NCBI GenBank assembly: GCA_001938485.1
Contig: MQRK01240488.1
Span: 1 to 50,033, forward strand
Length of the DNA: 50,033 nucleotides
Reading direction: 5' to 3'
DNA from: Girardia tigrina
Lineage: Eukaryota
Position numbers and translations under genes: made by a program. Below the pieces are notes generated by a model, which saw only the letters and a list, made by a program, of their open reading frames with translations, did no database searches and was not told where the DNA came from. Positions 1 through 13,622 of the stretch are shown here, one piece after another (position 1 is the stretch's first letter; every line of letters begins with the position of its first letter).

Positions 1-22
1 AGTCTTTGTTTTCATATATACA

Positions 23-60
<38 letters not shown>

Positions 61-62
<2 letters not shown>

Positions 63-795
63 TCAAACCCCCGCTGTGGACAAACCACCAATGATCAAAC
101 CCCCTGTGGTCAAAGCACCTTCTACCGATCAAATACATCGCATAAAAGGCATAATGGATCAATCTATGTACAAGAATATCATCGGTACCTTTTGCAAAAG
201 ATAAAATGCCCCGAGGTTGGGTATTTCAACAGGATAATAATCTAAAGTACACGGCCAAAACAGTACAGGATTTTTTCAAATAAAATTCGTGTTTTGAAGT
301 GTTCATCGCAAAGTCCGTATTTAAATCCTATTCAGCATATTTTGGAAAACATTGATCGTCATTTGAAAGACAATAAGCCCAAAATAAGAACGAGATCTAC
401 GAAAGGATTCAAGATATTTGGAGCAACATTCCTTTGGATGTGATTAACAAATTGGTCGACTCAATACCTGATCGTTGTAAAGCAGTTTTAGCTTCGAAAG
501 GTTAAGCTATAAAATATTAATAAAATTTACAATTTCTATCAAATTTTGTCAAAAATATTTGTTTTTTAATAAAATTTTAAATTGTCCAGAGACTTTTGCA
601 CGGGTTAAAATTTGAAAATTGAATGTTCGCCATGAAAAATATTAGCAGAATTAAAAAAAAAAGATTTATTTAGCGTAAAAGCTTATAAAAAAAATTATAT
701 ATCTGGTCAAAATTTAAGCTTGCCATCTTATAAACTCATGGCTTAATTGAATAAATTGTTTTTTTTTACTGTCCACAGACCTTTCCACACTACTG
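61..795 (+). mobile_element. Tc1-type (DD34E) transposon 3' remnant, frameshifted
   Basis: Broken frames read IHRIKGIMDQSMYKNII, QQDNN, QSPYLNPI and IWSNIPLDVINKLVDSIPDRCKAVLASKG..KY*; the element ends ...CCACACTACTG|TA (TIR plus TA target). Confidence 0.8.
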
Positions 796-1700
796 TATTA
801 AAACATTAATATTAAAAAATGTAACGTAAAGCCTGATGATGATGTATGAAACATTGACACTTTTCAGTAATTAATTTCTTAGACAAGATTTAACTAGATT
901 ATTTTATCACATATATAATCAAAAGATTAAATAAATCATCGTAGTTCTATTTAAAAGGTGAACATAAGTAGCAACTGGTCATTAATGAAAAACTGAAACT
1001 GAAGTGATAATAAGAGCTCAGACTGAACGGAAGTCTGATAATAATAGACTCCTTATATTTTCATCAAGTTGATCGTATCAGTGACATTTTGATTTTGGTT
1101 AAAAATACGTATTAAAAAGTTTAATACTATGCTATGAGTTTCTTTCTAATAAAAATTAATTAAATAAAACTTCTGAAAATTCATAAGATTTATCAGATGA
1201 GAAGATGAGAAATTATTTTAAAATAAATTATTATAAATAGTTTATAATCTTTTCTTTACCTGAATAATCAAAACATAACATTCATAGACTACCTAATAAT
1301 TTATAAATGTTCCATTATAAATAAAAAACTGGTGATGTATTTATAGGTCGTAGTATTTAAAATTTTGTATTCAAATAATTTATTTGTTTGAAATTTATTT
1401 GTTGGGAAATATTTTGACATCTAATTGAAAACTTTTAAATAACTATTACACATCAAAATGTTACCATATATAATCATATATATGAAAATAGAAAAATTTT
1501 CATTTCTTCTGTTATATTCCTTTTAAGTAATAGATTCCCGGGCCATATGAATATAAATTTTCAATATTTAAAATTATAGTTCTCTGAAAAAGAAATTTAC
1601 CATTAATTATTATATTGAGTCTTACTTTACTGAAAATGCATATATTTCAACAACAAATATAATTTAAAAATCTATTAAAATAAATTAATTTAATAATTAA

Positions 1701-2003
1701 CATGTTGTCGCACATGACGGCTATAGCCGTCAAATTTTTAACAATCAGTAGACAAATAACGGTTGTAGCCGACTTACATTTTTCATTAATAAAAACAGAA
1801 CCATAGATAGTACAACGTCTACTAATGTATTAATGCGATGTATTAATGTATTGCGACTATAACCGTCGAGAGTTTTCCTTAAAAAAATTTAAGGATATGT
1901 GTGATGATTTTCGATTTCAAATATGTAACTGATGCTTATTTTCCTATGCTAATATATCATATTTCTGGCAACGATCTTGAAAAAAGAAGTGTGCGGCAAC
2001 GGG
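1701..2003. mobile_element. piggyBac-type MITE
   Basis: TTAA at 1697-1700 and 2004-2007; imperfect TIRs CATGTTGTCGCACA / TGTGCGGCAACGGG; internal palindromic GACGGCTATAGCCGTC-like motifs. Confidence 0.75.
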
Positions 2004-2369
2004 TTAATCCAATAATGTTAATTTATTTTTAATAAACGGCCTTTAGAGTGATATTTATCCATAGTGTATATTATATTTTAAAGACCGTAATCACAGAGCT
2101 AAGAAATTGGCAATATTCTAAACTTAGAATGCATGCTCAGTTGTAAATTTTATCTTAATTATATTTTTTTATAAATTTTTTATGTTACTTATTTTATTTA
2201 TTAAATATAAAGTATATTAAATTACATGACGATTCTAGTACTTGCTACTTGATAAATTTGCTCAAAAATTTTTTTTACAGTCTTTAGTGGCCGCAACTTG
2301 CGCCGTGGTCCTCGGGTTGGACATACCTAGGTAAGGTTATGCTAAAAAGGTAAAAAAATAACTTATTAC

Positions 2370-3768
2370 CAGGGCCCCAGAAAGTCAATATTTTTATAGT
2401 CAACTTTTTTTATGGAAACCAAAATTGTACAAGATACCATTACTTTCATCCATTTTGTAAAATATAGCCAGGAAAAAAAATTTTAAGGTCAATAAAAGTC
2501 AATTTTTTTGTTGTGTCAATAAAATCAGCTATTTAATTTTAAGTTAATAAAGTCATTTTTGTTATATAAATGAACAATTTTGGTTAGAATTTAGAATAAA
2601 TTATAAAATTATAAATTTTTAAAAAAGTGGTGAAATAATAAGCAAATTTAATTACAATAAATTCTTCTTTCAATAGTTTACAAAAATCTAATTTTAAAAT
2701 CAGCATCATTCTCATTTATTATCAGCGCAAGCTTTTTAAATTTATATTTGATAGAGAATTAAATTTATAAATTTTAACCGATTATTATTTTCCTGACTAT
2801 TATATATCATTCAATAATGCCCAAATATGAGGTATCAATTAGAACGAAGGCTCAGAAAATTATATAGAACTATCCCTCTGAATTTACTTTAAATCCTTTA
2901 TTCATTTTGTATGCAACTGTTAAATGTGAGAAACAATTTCTAGTGGATAAGCACCGTTCAACTGCTACGCAAACTCAAAATTCTAAACGTTCTAATTCTC
3001 AATTTACATTTACATCTCAGATGCAATCATTTATTTATGTTGGTAAAAATGATTTTACGCGTGATGAAACTGAAGCCTTTCTCTCTGCAAATATTCCATT
3101 ATGGAAAATAAGACACCCATGTGTTGGGCGTTTGTTCACAAGCATTGGCTATCATCTGCATTCTGAAGAAACGTATCGATCACGTATTTCAAATATTTAC
3201 CAAGAAGAAATGACTCGTATTTGCCAAGTTATAGAAAATAAACCAATTTTCTTAGTTATTGATGAATCAGATGTATCTGGAAAAAAATTTATGAACATTC
3301 TAATTGGTGCTTTAGATAATCCAAAGAAGACTAACATGTGTGAATGTTTTGCTACAACAATGCCAACCATCAACAACTTCTTTCGAAAGAAGTTTTTCGA
3401 TGCTGAAGAAGATTCTTGCAAATGACAGGAATTTCAAAAACGGAAATATAAAGCAATTTATCATTCTTTTTTATAATAAATCTGATGAGCAATGATAATT
3501 AATAAATTTGTTTTCGGTTTATTTTTTTTAATTTATTTTAACATTGGTTTCATAATTCAACAATACCGGACTTATTATGATTGTTTAAAAATTAATGGAA
3601 AAGAATAAAGTCAATTTTTATGGTAAATATATTACTTTTTAGAAGTCAATTTTAAAATTTTATAGGTCAATAAAACCTTATGTAATTGTTTTATTTAATA
3701 CCTGAAATATCAATAAAATCAATAAAAGTCAGTTTTTTATAGTTTTAGGTCAATAATCTGGGGCTCTG
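2370..3768 (+). mobile_element. hAT-like DNA transposon with internally deleted CGGBP1-like transposase
   Basis: TIRs CAGGGCCCCAGA / TCTGGGGCTCTG; 8-bp TSD CTTATTAC / TTTATTGC (6/8); many subterminal GTCAAT repeats; ORF 2907-3425 has AFLSANIPLWKIRHP and IFLVIDES motifs. Confidence 0.8.
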
Positions 3769-4883
3769 TTTATTGCATTACATTAAGTCAAATCCTTGTA
3801 CTTATTACGTTAAATTTCATGATCATAACTCAATGCTGTAAATCCTCTTCAAAAATTAAAAAACATAAATAGTGACAACAAATATATTTTTTAATTCATG
3901 GGATTTTAATGTTTCATTATATCAATAATGTGTAACAAATGATTAAAACAAAACATAATGATATAAAGATAAAAATACAAGAATATTTAAGAAAATTGTT
4001 TCAAAAGTGATTTGAAAGAGTAAGATATTCTAGAAAAGATAAAAATATTCAAAATGAGAGTGAGAAACAATTAGGAATTTTCTGGAAATACAAAATATTT
4101 GTAGCTAACTTGTGGAAAATATATAATGTTTATCATAAACATGACTTACATGTGTCATTTGCAATTTCTAGACTCGTATAGAAAAACAAACTACAAATCT
4201 TTCAACGTCACTCTGAAAACATGATTTCAGAAATGTGATACTTAATGAGCGTTAGATCCAGAAAAAATGTTGTGTCTAATAAAAACGCATAAATAGAAGC
4301 AACTATAAAATGATTTAATTTACATAATTTATAATAATTGTAAAAGATAAATATAAGAAAATAAATTTAGGAACCTAAATAAAAAACATTAAAAGAAATA
4401 AATAATTTGATAATACTTTGCAAATTGATATATTTTGTTCTTAATTTATTACAATCAATACTTCAATCATGCGACAGGTGCATCCGTCTCACATCAACAT
4501 ATTCTCAATTAGTTTGACTATCAACGTGTTAACTAACCAAAATTAATTTAATTTATAAAATAAATGTTTAACAAATCAAAAATATCTCTAGATAGGACGT
4601 TTTCTTAAGTATTTCTTCTTTGATTTATAAACTAAATTTAATATTAAAGATGAAATATTTTAGCTAAAACGTTATTCTAAATCAAACCGGTGTTTTGTGA
4701 GTCGATGTAATTCAAAAGCAATCGATTGATGTAGCATCGTCTTGAAAGAGTCATGATATTCTCGACAATTACATCGCTGAAGTGGTTTGGTGTTGTACAA
4801 ACAAATGTTATTTAAAACATCATGTAAACGTAAACAGTAAAAATTAAAAAAAATATGTATCATAAAAAGAAAGGCAAAATTAC

Positions 4884-5125
4884 TTTCAAACAGTTTTGGT
4901 GGACATATTTTAGAGTTCCAGAACAGTAGCAAGGAGAAATCAGTAGATCCGACTGAGTATTTTTTGACAAATGACAAAATCTACACATTGGGTCACTTAA
5001 GATCGATCCATTGCTGTAAATACTGTTATCGTGTTGGTCGTCGATACTTTTATCTGGTGAACCGATTGAGTCTTGGTGATTTTGTAATTGTAAATTTGAA
5101 ATTGTTTTAGGCAGGAAGCATTTTT
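4884..5125 (-). CDS. MARCH-family (RING-CH/RINGv) E3 ubiquitin ligase, internal exon
   Basis: The exon is bounded by TTCAG| and |GTAATT and translates KCFLPKTISNLQLQNHQDSIGSPDKSIDDQHDNSIYSNGSILSDPMCRFCHLSKNTQSDLLISPCYCSGTLKYVHQNCLK, matching RING-CH C-x2-C...PCxCxG(S/T)xKYVHxxCL. The closing W...CxxC exon was not found in the window. Confidence 0.9.
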
Positions 5126-5669
5126 CTGAATTAGATAAAATAATATAAAATCAATGAATCAAACAAGATAGTGTTAGGTATTTTAGACATCCCATGCTTA
5201 TTATTGATAACATTTATTGTTCTTAGGCTTTTTAATAATTTTTTAATCGAAAATAAGCTATTAAACACAATATATGCGAAAAAAACTTTACATAGTCCTG
5301 AAAACTTAAACAATTAAAACTCAATAACTAAGATTTGTTATAACACGAATAAAAAATTATTTATTGTGAGCAAAATTGTAAAAATTTCAGCCAAAAAGTT
5401 TCATTTAGAAAGTTACTGATTTGGATTCAAGAAAATAAAAATCAAGTATATACACTTATTGATTTAAACATAACATAAAATTTGGTTCTTCCTCTGTTGG
5501 TCGAAACTATTGATTTGAAAATGAAAAAGATCCCAATGTAATTTCAGAAGTACTGAAGTTCAAAGATGTTGCCTATTTAAAATTTGATAAAACATCCCAT
5601 CTCCAAATAATATCTAAACCAACTTTGCAAAGAAATGATTACTCATCTATCATCAATATTTCAAAATGA

Positions 5670-8600
5670 AAACAATCTTAACACAATATTAGCTAAGCAT
5701 GTAATGCTAAAATCTTGGTTTTCACGACGACTGGGTAATTAAAAAGGAACAAAAATTAATAGATCTTGGTTATTATATTTGCCTTAAGATGATAAAGCCT
5801 TTTGTTGATGTTTATTGTTTATATCTTCAAATTCTAATAGCTGATCATCCTTCATTACTACTTTTAGTTTTAATCAATGGCAAAAACCTGAAAGATCGTA
5901 GATCGTTTACAACGTGGAAAGAGACAGAAAGGCGAATAATGAGTAATTCAACACTGGACATTGAACTACAAGCAAATATGCATTCAGAGAAACAACGATG
6001 GCGAAATATATTGCAATGAATTTTAGGATGCTTAAAGACCTTATCTTACAAAATGTACCTGTTCGGAATTCAAATTAAAATTTTTAATATTTGTTGAAAA
6101 ATTATCCTTATTAAATTAAATGAATTCTTTTTCTCTATCTCAAAATCCTTATTTACAATTTTTGTATCAGTGTGTGAAAATTTTAATCGTCTTTAAAAAA
6201 TTTTATTTATTGATATGTTAAGGTAATCAATTTTATTTAGACTGTTAATTTCGAATTTTATTAAAATTATATATTGTAATAATTACAAAAGTTGTTGGAA
6301 AAAAATATTGTTTTTTGTTTTCTTTAAATAATACGATGTAAAGGAGTCGAAAAATTCGAAAAATATGAATAGTTTTTTATGAAAATAAATTTTTGAAACT
6401 TTTCGAATTGTGTCGCTTAGGTTATTTATTTGAATTTGGTATGCCAAGTGAAGAGGTAGTTAAACGAAAATATATTTTTTAAAAGAAGACGATTATGATA
6501 ATTCGGTCAATGGTTTGTTTTGTAATGACGAAAATTCGAATGATTTCCATCAAGTGTCATCGAAACCGTCAATTGTCAGCAATAGGGAAATCATTCTGAT
6601 TCATAAAACCGGTTCGAGTTTGAGATACAACATGAATAGAAATACGATTAGTGATAATAATTCATCGATTGCTGGTGATAATCTCAAATGGGTCAACAGT
6701 TCGGCGTCATGTTCGTTCACCGGGGACGACAATTCATTTCCGAGCCCGTCAAAAATCATCAACACCGTTTCGATCACGGTCATGATCGTCCGGGATAAAT
6801 TCTCGTTCCAAAGTCCTTTTGCGTCGTTCTCGATCTCGGCCACCAACCCCGACACGTCTCGATCATAAAAAGACGTCAATAAAGACCCGCAAAACTCAAT
6901 CGTTAACAACGCAACAGTCGTCACAACTGGTACGAATAATCCATATCCTTAATCGATCAATAAACCCATCCAAACCCGACAAATGCGTCAGAATCAGACG
7001 AATCGCCGTTATGAAACCAGTCAATCGACAAATCGTTAAACCGTTGAAAAATTTGTTGGGACATATAAAATTCGGGATGATCGATCGAATTCCGTGAAAC
7101 GCGATTCGGAAGAATCGATATTTCAGATGCCCCGATATTCGTTGAGCTCACAAGCGCACTTGGAGAAAGTTAAATCAGACAGTCACCGTATGAATTATTT
7201 TCATTTTTCAAAGAGTAACTTAAACAGTCAATGGGCCCATGATTCGAATTTTGAACTCTCCGAAATTCTATCTCCACAACTGTGTTCAGTCACCGTTCGA
7301 TCCTCGGGGCAAACTGAGGGTCAGGTGGAACAGTACCTCTACGAGGTCATGTTGAAAATTTAAATCTTCATGGGGGAACAAAAATTGTGAATTATCTTTA
7401 CTTAAACTAATACACAATATGACCAACTACTAGCAAACCATCTTAAAAATGTCATGGATACTCCACGATCTCTGTCTCACCTGAAATTCAAAATGAATTC
7501 ATTCAACTTCTTGCATTTAGTACGCAATAAGCTAATAAATGACATCAAAAGAAATAAATATTATGGACTTCTATTCGATTTGACTCCCGATATTGCTCAT
7601 AGAGAACAAATGTCATAAGTAATTAGATATGTATACATTGTTTACATTAATAAAGATTATAATAAGGAAACTCTTTTGGGATTTATTGATGCAGCTTCAA
7701 TAGAAAGTGAAATTTTAATAAAATTGAATAATGATCACATTTTATTATCTCAGTGTTACGATAATGCTGATGCTATGTCGGGTTGTTTATCTTGTATCCA
7801 AAAAAGAATTCTAGAAAGAAATAACTTAGCTATGATTGTTAATTGTGAAAATTAATCATTAATTTTAGTAGTTAGTACAGCAAAAGATGATCCAGAAGTT
7901 GTAACTTGTTTTGGAGTCATTAAAAATATTTATCTCATCTTTTCACGTTCAATTTTATGATGGGAATTATTGAAAAATACCCTCAAAAAATTCTTAAACG
8001 TGAATCTGCAACTCGATGGAGCGCCAGAGCATAAGCAATTAACACTATTGTCGACGAAATAGAACAATTAGTTGATTTATTAGAAAAATTAGTAAATGAT
8101 CATCTGCAACAAGAGTTAAAAACCCGATTTACTAGAATAAATGATACTAATTCTAAATTCGGGTTTTTACTCAATACTGTAACTTTATTAAATGAAGATG
8201 ACAAAAGTCTTGAATAAAATGTAGAAATTTTTAGGGCAACTTTATGACACTGATTTTGATGGATCAGACCTTTATAAAGAAATATGTGAATGCAAGATGT
8301 TACTCCATAACAGAGAGGAGGTTAGACCCAAAATTCCAGTAGATCTTCTCAAATTTATAATTTCATACGACGAAAATGCTTTTCCAAATTTGAGGATTGC
8401 AATGCAAATACTACTAACAATTTTGTTTTTAATTACTGGTTGCGAACGTTAGTTTAGCAAATTAAAACTAATAATGTCATATTTAAGAGCACAAATGAGA
8501 CATGATCATCTTAGTGATTTAGCATTTTTAAGTATAGAAAATGATAAATTTGAAGAAAATTAATTTTGATGAAGTTATCGATAAATTTGCTTCATCAAAG

Positions 8601-8952
8601 GCATGAAAAATATATTTTTTAATGTACAAATGCAATTATATTGTAATTCATTTCATTATTTTATAATAGTTATTAGTTATAATAACTGCTCCTTTCAATC
8701 TTATATAATAAATACCTTATTAGACATAAATTTTTATTTTAATTATTTTATTTATATTTTTATGAAATAAAAATTTAATCCAATTTTATTCAAAATTATT
8801 TTATTATATTAAGTAATTATTACAATTAATAATTTTAGCAATTTTTATTAGGGTATATTATTATTATTGACTTTCTTTTAAAATTATTACGTGATGAAGG
8901 GGGGCGCAAAAATGTTTATGCCCATGAGACCGTTATGCTCGCTACGCCACTG
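5670..8952 (+). mobile_element. Decayed ZMYM1-like hAT transposon (5' end missing), interrupted by a ~1.3-kb insert
   Basis: Fragments RSWLLY, EKQRWRNILQ, YYGLLFDLTPDIAHREQMS, QCYDNA..MSG, TRWSAR, FPNLRIAMQILLT, CER.FSKLKLI; 3' TIR ...CTCGCTACGCCACTG. Confidence 0.85.
6480..7365 (-). pseudogene. Unidentified GC-elevated gene-like fragment with stops and a frameshift, inside the hAT
   Basis: Minus-strand ORFs 6957-7151 and 6601-6924 look protein-like, and the composition differs from both flanks; no family recognised and the strand is uncertain. Confidence 0.35.
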
Positions 8953-8959
8953 CAAATTA

Positions 8960-9995
8960 ATGATGTACCATACACAAAGATCATCTTAAAAATTTTGGAA
9001 TTACTATAGATGAATATTTAAATAGTTAAATAAATATTTAAAAATTATCTTGGTAACTTAAGAGAGTACACATGTGATAAGATTCCACTGTGAAATGTCA
9101 AAAATACAAATACAACAATGTGACTCATTAGTTACAGGAAAATGATAAACATCAACGAACATTCATTATTTGCTGAAAATATATATAACTTAAATAATTT
9201 CAACTTGCGTCAATAAGATGTCATTTTCTACACTGTTACCACTTAAAATTTTCCAGTATTAATAATAATTGAAAACAAACTAAATAGTTTTGCTTTGTTA
9301 AAAAAATATTTGTAGAATTAATTGTAATGGATTACATTAAATTTAAATTAAAGATGAAAACTAATTTGAAAAATTATAAGTTAAAATAAAGCTTAAAAAT
9401 AATAAAGAAAATAATCTCAAATATATTTGTGTATATATAATAAAAATAAGATTATTCTTTGTTTTATATTAGAGGTTGTCACTACAAGAACTAAGGAGAC
9501 TAGTATTGAAAATGAAAGCGGTCTGGCCAAAAAATTGTGCTTAGATTTTGCTATTATGTTTTTAAAAAAGTTACAAATTAAATTTTATGAATATATAGAT
9601 TTTTATTTTGAAAAATTTAATTGATTATTATTAATATTATTTATAAATCAAATTAATTCTACGAAAGAAATTATCAGTTTACATTTTGACTATTCTGTTG
9701 CCAAAAATACTCGAATACAAATCAGTGATTTTATTTAACCAACAATAATCACTGAACATACTATTTTGTCGTGCGAAGAATTATTATGTCCTGAATTATA
9801 TGAATTACGAAATAACAATGTGTCACTTTTCACTAATAATTAAAATTTTCCCTAAATTTCCAGAACTTTATTTGTTATTTTATAGATGATTGAAGTGAAA
9901 CGTATTTAGTGATTGTGCCAAAATTGGTTTTGGGGCATCCACCTAAAGATTTTATGGAACTATTGACCCACAAAATATTCATAATCTATGAAGTA
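8960..9995 (+). pseudogene. Possible decayed multi-exon gene
   Basis: Exon-like blocks with GT/AG borders (EVVTTRTKETSIENESGLAKKLCLDFAIMFLKK; ETYLVIVPKLVLGHPPKDFMELLTHKIFIIYE|GTAATT) that contain in-frame stops. Confidence 0.25.
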
Positions 9996-12900
9996 ATTAT
10001 ATGTTAATAGAATTCTGTGTTAACCAAAAAGAGAGAATGTAAATATAAAATTGTTTGTTCAATTTATATTTATCTGATTTCAAATAACGTCTTAAACATA
10101 ACATAAAATTAGTTTTGATCATAAATCATCAGGGAAAATCAAAAAAAATTACAAAAACTATAATATCTTAAACTAATAAAGCAAACTTTTTCCCCTTTTT
10201 TCTGTCGTTTGCTTTATATTTGATTTTGACAAAGTCAATTATATAAATAAAAAGGAAATATTTGTTTAACATTCATTGATATTTTTTAATTTATTGCCCC
10301 AACTGGATCCATTTCACGCAAGACGCTATCTTTCGGATGTTTAATTCATATCATGTTTCAAAATCCCCTCTGTAAGTTTTTCTATTTTCTCAAAGAAGAA
10401 TTACGATATGTCGTCATTCATCCTGTGCCAGCACGCCTCTACACCCATTCTCATTTATTTATACCACAAAGGCATTTATATATGACAAAAATATATATTA
10501 ATTATCGATATCGAATTAAATCTGTGATTATATAAATTGAAAATATGGCAAAAGAATGAAGCAACAGCGTTCTCGATTGCTCGCTCTGCATAATGCTTAA
10601 ATGCGAGTTGGGACGCTCTTGCAAATGCAATTTAGATTCCGAAATTTCCGATGTTTACGACAAAAAACATTCATCAAAAACATTGGCTACATAAAGAAGT
10701 CAGGCAGTATCAACTCGGATTTAGCTGCATCGAAACCGCATCTCATTAATCACTACAGAATCATGTCGGAATTTCCTCGCGGAATCCACTTTGATTCGCT
10801 AGAGAGACTTTGGAGTTTGGTGTTGGGGGTCCCAGATATTGGCCAGTCACGTTTAGATTTTTAAATACCAATTTGGTAAAGGAAAAGATCACTTTTTAAA
10901 GTTTTGTTCAAAGAAATTATCTGTTATTATTAAATAAAATTTAAGGAATATTTGCTTTTTATTGTCTGATTTTGTTTATTTTGTATATAAAGATTTTATG
11001 CATTAATTTAATGATCTTAGAAAAACAATGAATATTCCTTGACCATCATAATTGGATTATGGAAATTATGTGTGATTTACTGTCTACTGATCCTATGGAT
11101 CTTGAAACACTTGAAGATAAATCAAAAAATAGGGGATGAGTATAGAATTCTAAAGAATATTTTTATGCTTATGAAGCCGATGTAAGGAAGCGTTTTCAGA
11201 TAAATTTCCATTTCGTTTTATCATTCGTGCATATCAAGTCCTAGTGACAGTAATCTTTAAGCTACTCGTATCTGGCTATTTTGTGTTATTTTTTTTAAAT
11301 TTACTTTTTCTAGTTATTTTTTAAAATGTGGGAGCTTTCATAAGCAAATGCTTATGAATATATTTTAATGCTCCAAAATTATGTTTGTATGCTGGTGTGT
11401 ATAATGTTTTGACAATGCATTGTAGGTATGTATTGCCAATGCATGCCTTTTTTGTTTGTGTGCAATTTATTTTTATATTTTGACATTTACAAATGATGTA
11501 TGATATATATAAATGCATACAAGGTCGATTCTAATTGGTAACTTTATTTTTTTTAATTTTAAATATATTTTTATATACAGGAATATATCCAAATGCCTAC
11601 ACGGCATATTTAATCGAGAACAGGTGTATCTGATCTTCGAATAAGTAATATATCCGACCAAATGCTTTTCGTAACTACTTTTTGTGACCACTATTGCCTT
11701 ATCGACCGCTTTATTAAAATATAAATGAGATCAATCTTGAAAAGTGATTTTAGATAATTTTAAAAAATAAAGATGCCTATTTGTATTTTATAGCCACTAA
11801 AATCAATAAAATTTTTTTATCAGTTTGCAAAAAATTAAGAGTCATTAAATCGAATGTCTTATCCATATGTCTTGTAACACAATACCGGATTATAGAACTT
11901 AGTCAACCCCGGTACTGCAAGTATTAATCTGAACACTATTTTTTGGAGATAAAAATATTTTGAAAAAAAACTTTTATGAAATATTTCTTATTATAAAAAA
12001 TAATGATAAATCATTTGAAAAATGTAGGTTGTGACGAATATTTTAAATTTGATATGTTGAAATTGGTTTGTTGAATTTTGTATGTTGAGTTTAGTATTTG
12101 GAAATGTGTTTCTCCCACCCAGATGGAAAATTGATATTTTGGATGTTTACGATGAATAATTATTCGAGTATAATTTATATTTTAAAGTACAACATAAGAT
12201 ATTTAAAAAACTTTAAAAATATTAAATCGTTTCAAATTTTCATATTAAAATTTAAATAAAGTAAATAGTTTAACTAAGTTTTAAATTAAATAAATATTCT
12301 TTCTTTCCATAAAATCATTTTTTAAATAAAATTAATATGTAGGTAAAATTATTACTTAAACTACAAAATTTGAACTTTAAAAATAAAATCAGAAAATAAT
12401 GAAAAATTTGTTCGAATAATTGTTTATTAACAAACATTAACAAAAAGTTATCAATTTAGAACGATGTCGAATTACGAAAGCTTTGCTGAGAATTGTCCAA
12501 AAGACAATTCTGATTGTAATGAAAATAAAAGTTCAAAAAGCCATGTTGGTGTTCTTAATATATGTAAATAAAAAATTTTCGTAAAAATTAAAAAAAAATA
12601 AAAAAAAGACGAATAATTATTAAATCTTTAAAATATTGGACTTCCAAAACTTCATTGAATATCGGCTGGGCTTTACTTACAAAATATTTTAACTATAATT
12701 ATAATTTTTTATTATTGTGAGAAATATTTTCTAATAGTCTTTATTGCATTATGTATTGGGTATGTAACATACCAGTAAGCAATATACCGTATGTTGCTTT
12801 TAGATTGTTTCTACTATCAGATAGCTGATTAATATTTTAATTCTTACTATCTGAAAATAATTTGATTTAAATTTAGATTTTAATAATTAATTTTATTTAT

Positions 12901-13156
12901 AGTTAAAATAATTGTAAAAGTATAAATAAGATTGTACATAAATAAGAAATTGTGTAATCAATATATATTTTGGCTTCAGATTTTCAAGGTTACTTCAAAG
13001 TGGGTCACTTAAAATAAATTTTTTTTAACTTATTTAAATATTTTTCCTGGTATTCTTTTAATATTTGATGTATTGTCATATTTTATATTTGCTTTTGCCA
13101 CAACGAAACTACACCCCAAAAATCAACTAAATCTTAATCAAAAACAAACAACAAAC

Positions 13157-13622
13157 CCATTTGAAAATTATCAAAAGCGGTTCTCGTCCGAAAATTGGTG
13201 TTGACAAACTCGTTGCAAGTGCAGATAATGATTCCACCGGCCCCGCCGCCGCCACCGCTTCTGTCGACATCGGTCCTCGGCTCCGGTTTCCCATAGGACG
13301 CCGAATAGTCATTGAACTGGACCGCACTCGAGTCGCTCTGATGAGGGAAGAAATACGGCATCTGGCTGTGATTGGGCGCGGTCTCGATGATCTGCACATA
13401 CTGGGGATCATTGTCTGCAGGATACTTGTTCAACAGATTACAATAGGTGATGTAATTATCGCGATTTGTATTCGGGCTCGTGACATAATAGAGAAGAAAC
13501 GAACGATCGTGATAATTTCCAAACGATTTCAATTGATAATACGACAAATCTCTTTGGTCAATATTGAAATAATTTGTCATTTCTGTACAAAAGGAACATT
13601 GTGTATTTTTCGAATAATTCAT
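13157..13622 (-). CDS. Probable first coding exon, inferred N-terminus of the MARCH ligase
   Basis: Intact GC-elevated ORF from ATG 13622, ending ...CAA ATG G|GTTTGT (phase-1 donor). This matches the phase-1 acceptor at 5125 (G+AA = Glu, frame stays open). The linkage is an inference. Confidence 0.55.

Noticed and set aside
829-860. CTGATGA...GAAAC hammerhead-like core
   Set aside because: No stem II, stem III or cleavage triplet can be formed; at most a decayed remnant.
4672-4977. 101-aa ORF overlapping the RING exon
   Set aside because: Wrong frame over the exon, then runs through intron sequence; its distal part lacks the W...CxxC needed to complete the RING.
6515-7363. Long plus-strand frame interrupted only by three TAA codons, and many TGA codons at Trp-like positions elsewhere, suggesting stop-codon reassignment
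   Set aside because: The intact profilin and RING exons use TGG and CAA/CAG with no internal stops, and profilin ends in TGA at the expected position. TE remnants show both TGG>TGA and TGG>TAG, which is ordinary decay.
10300-11300. GC-elevated segments with short ORFs
   Set aside because: Stops in all frames and no recognisable motif beyond a faint mariner-like HTH resemblance, so they could not be assigned.
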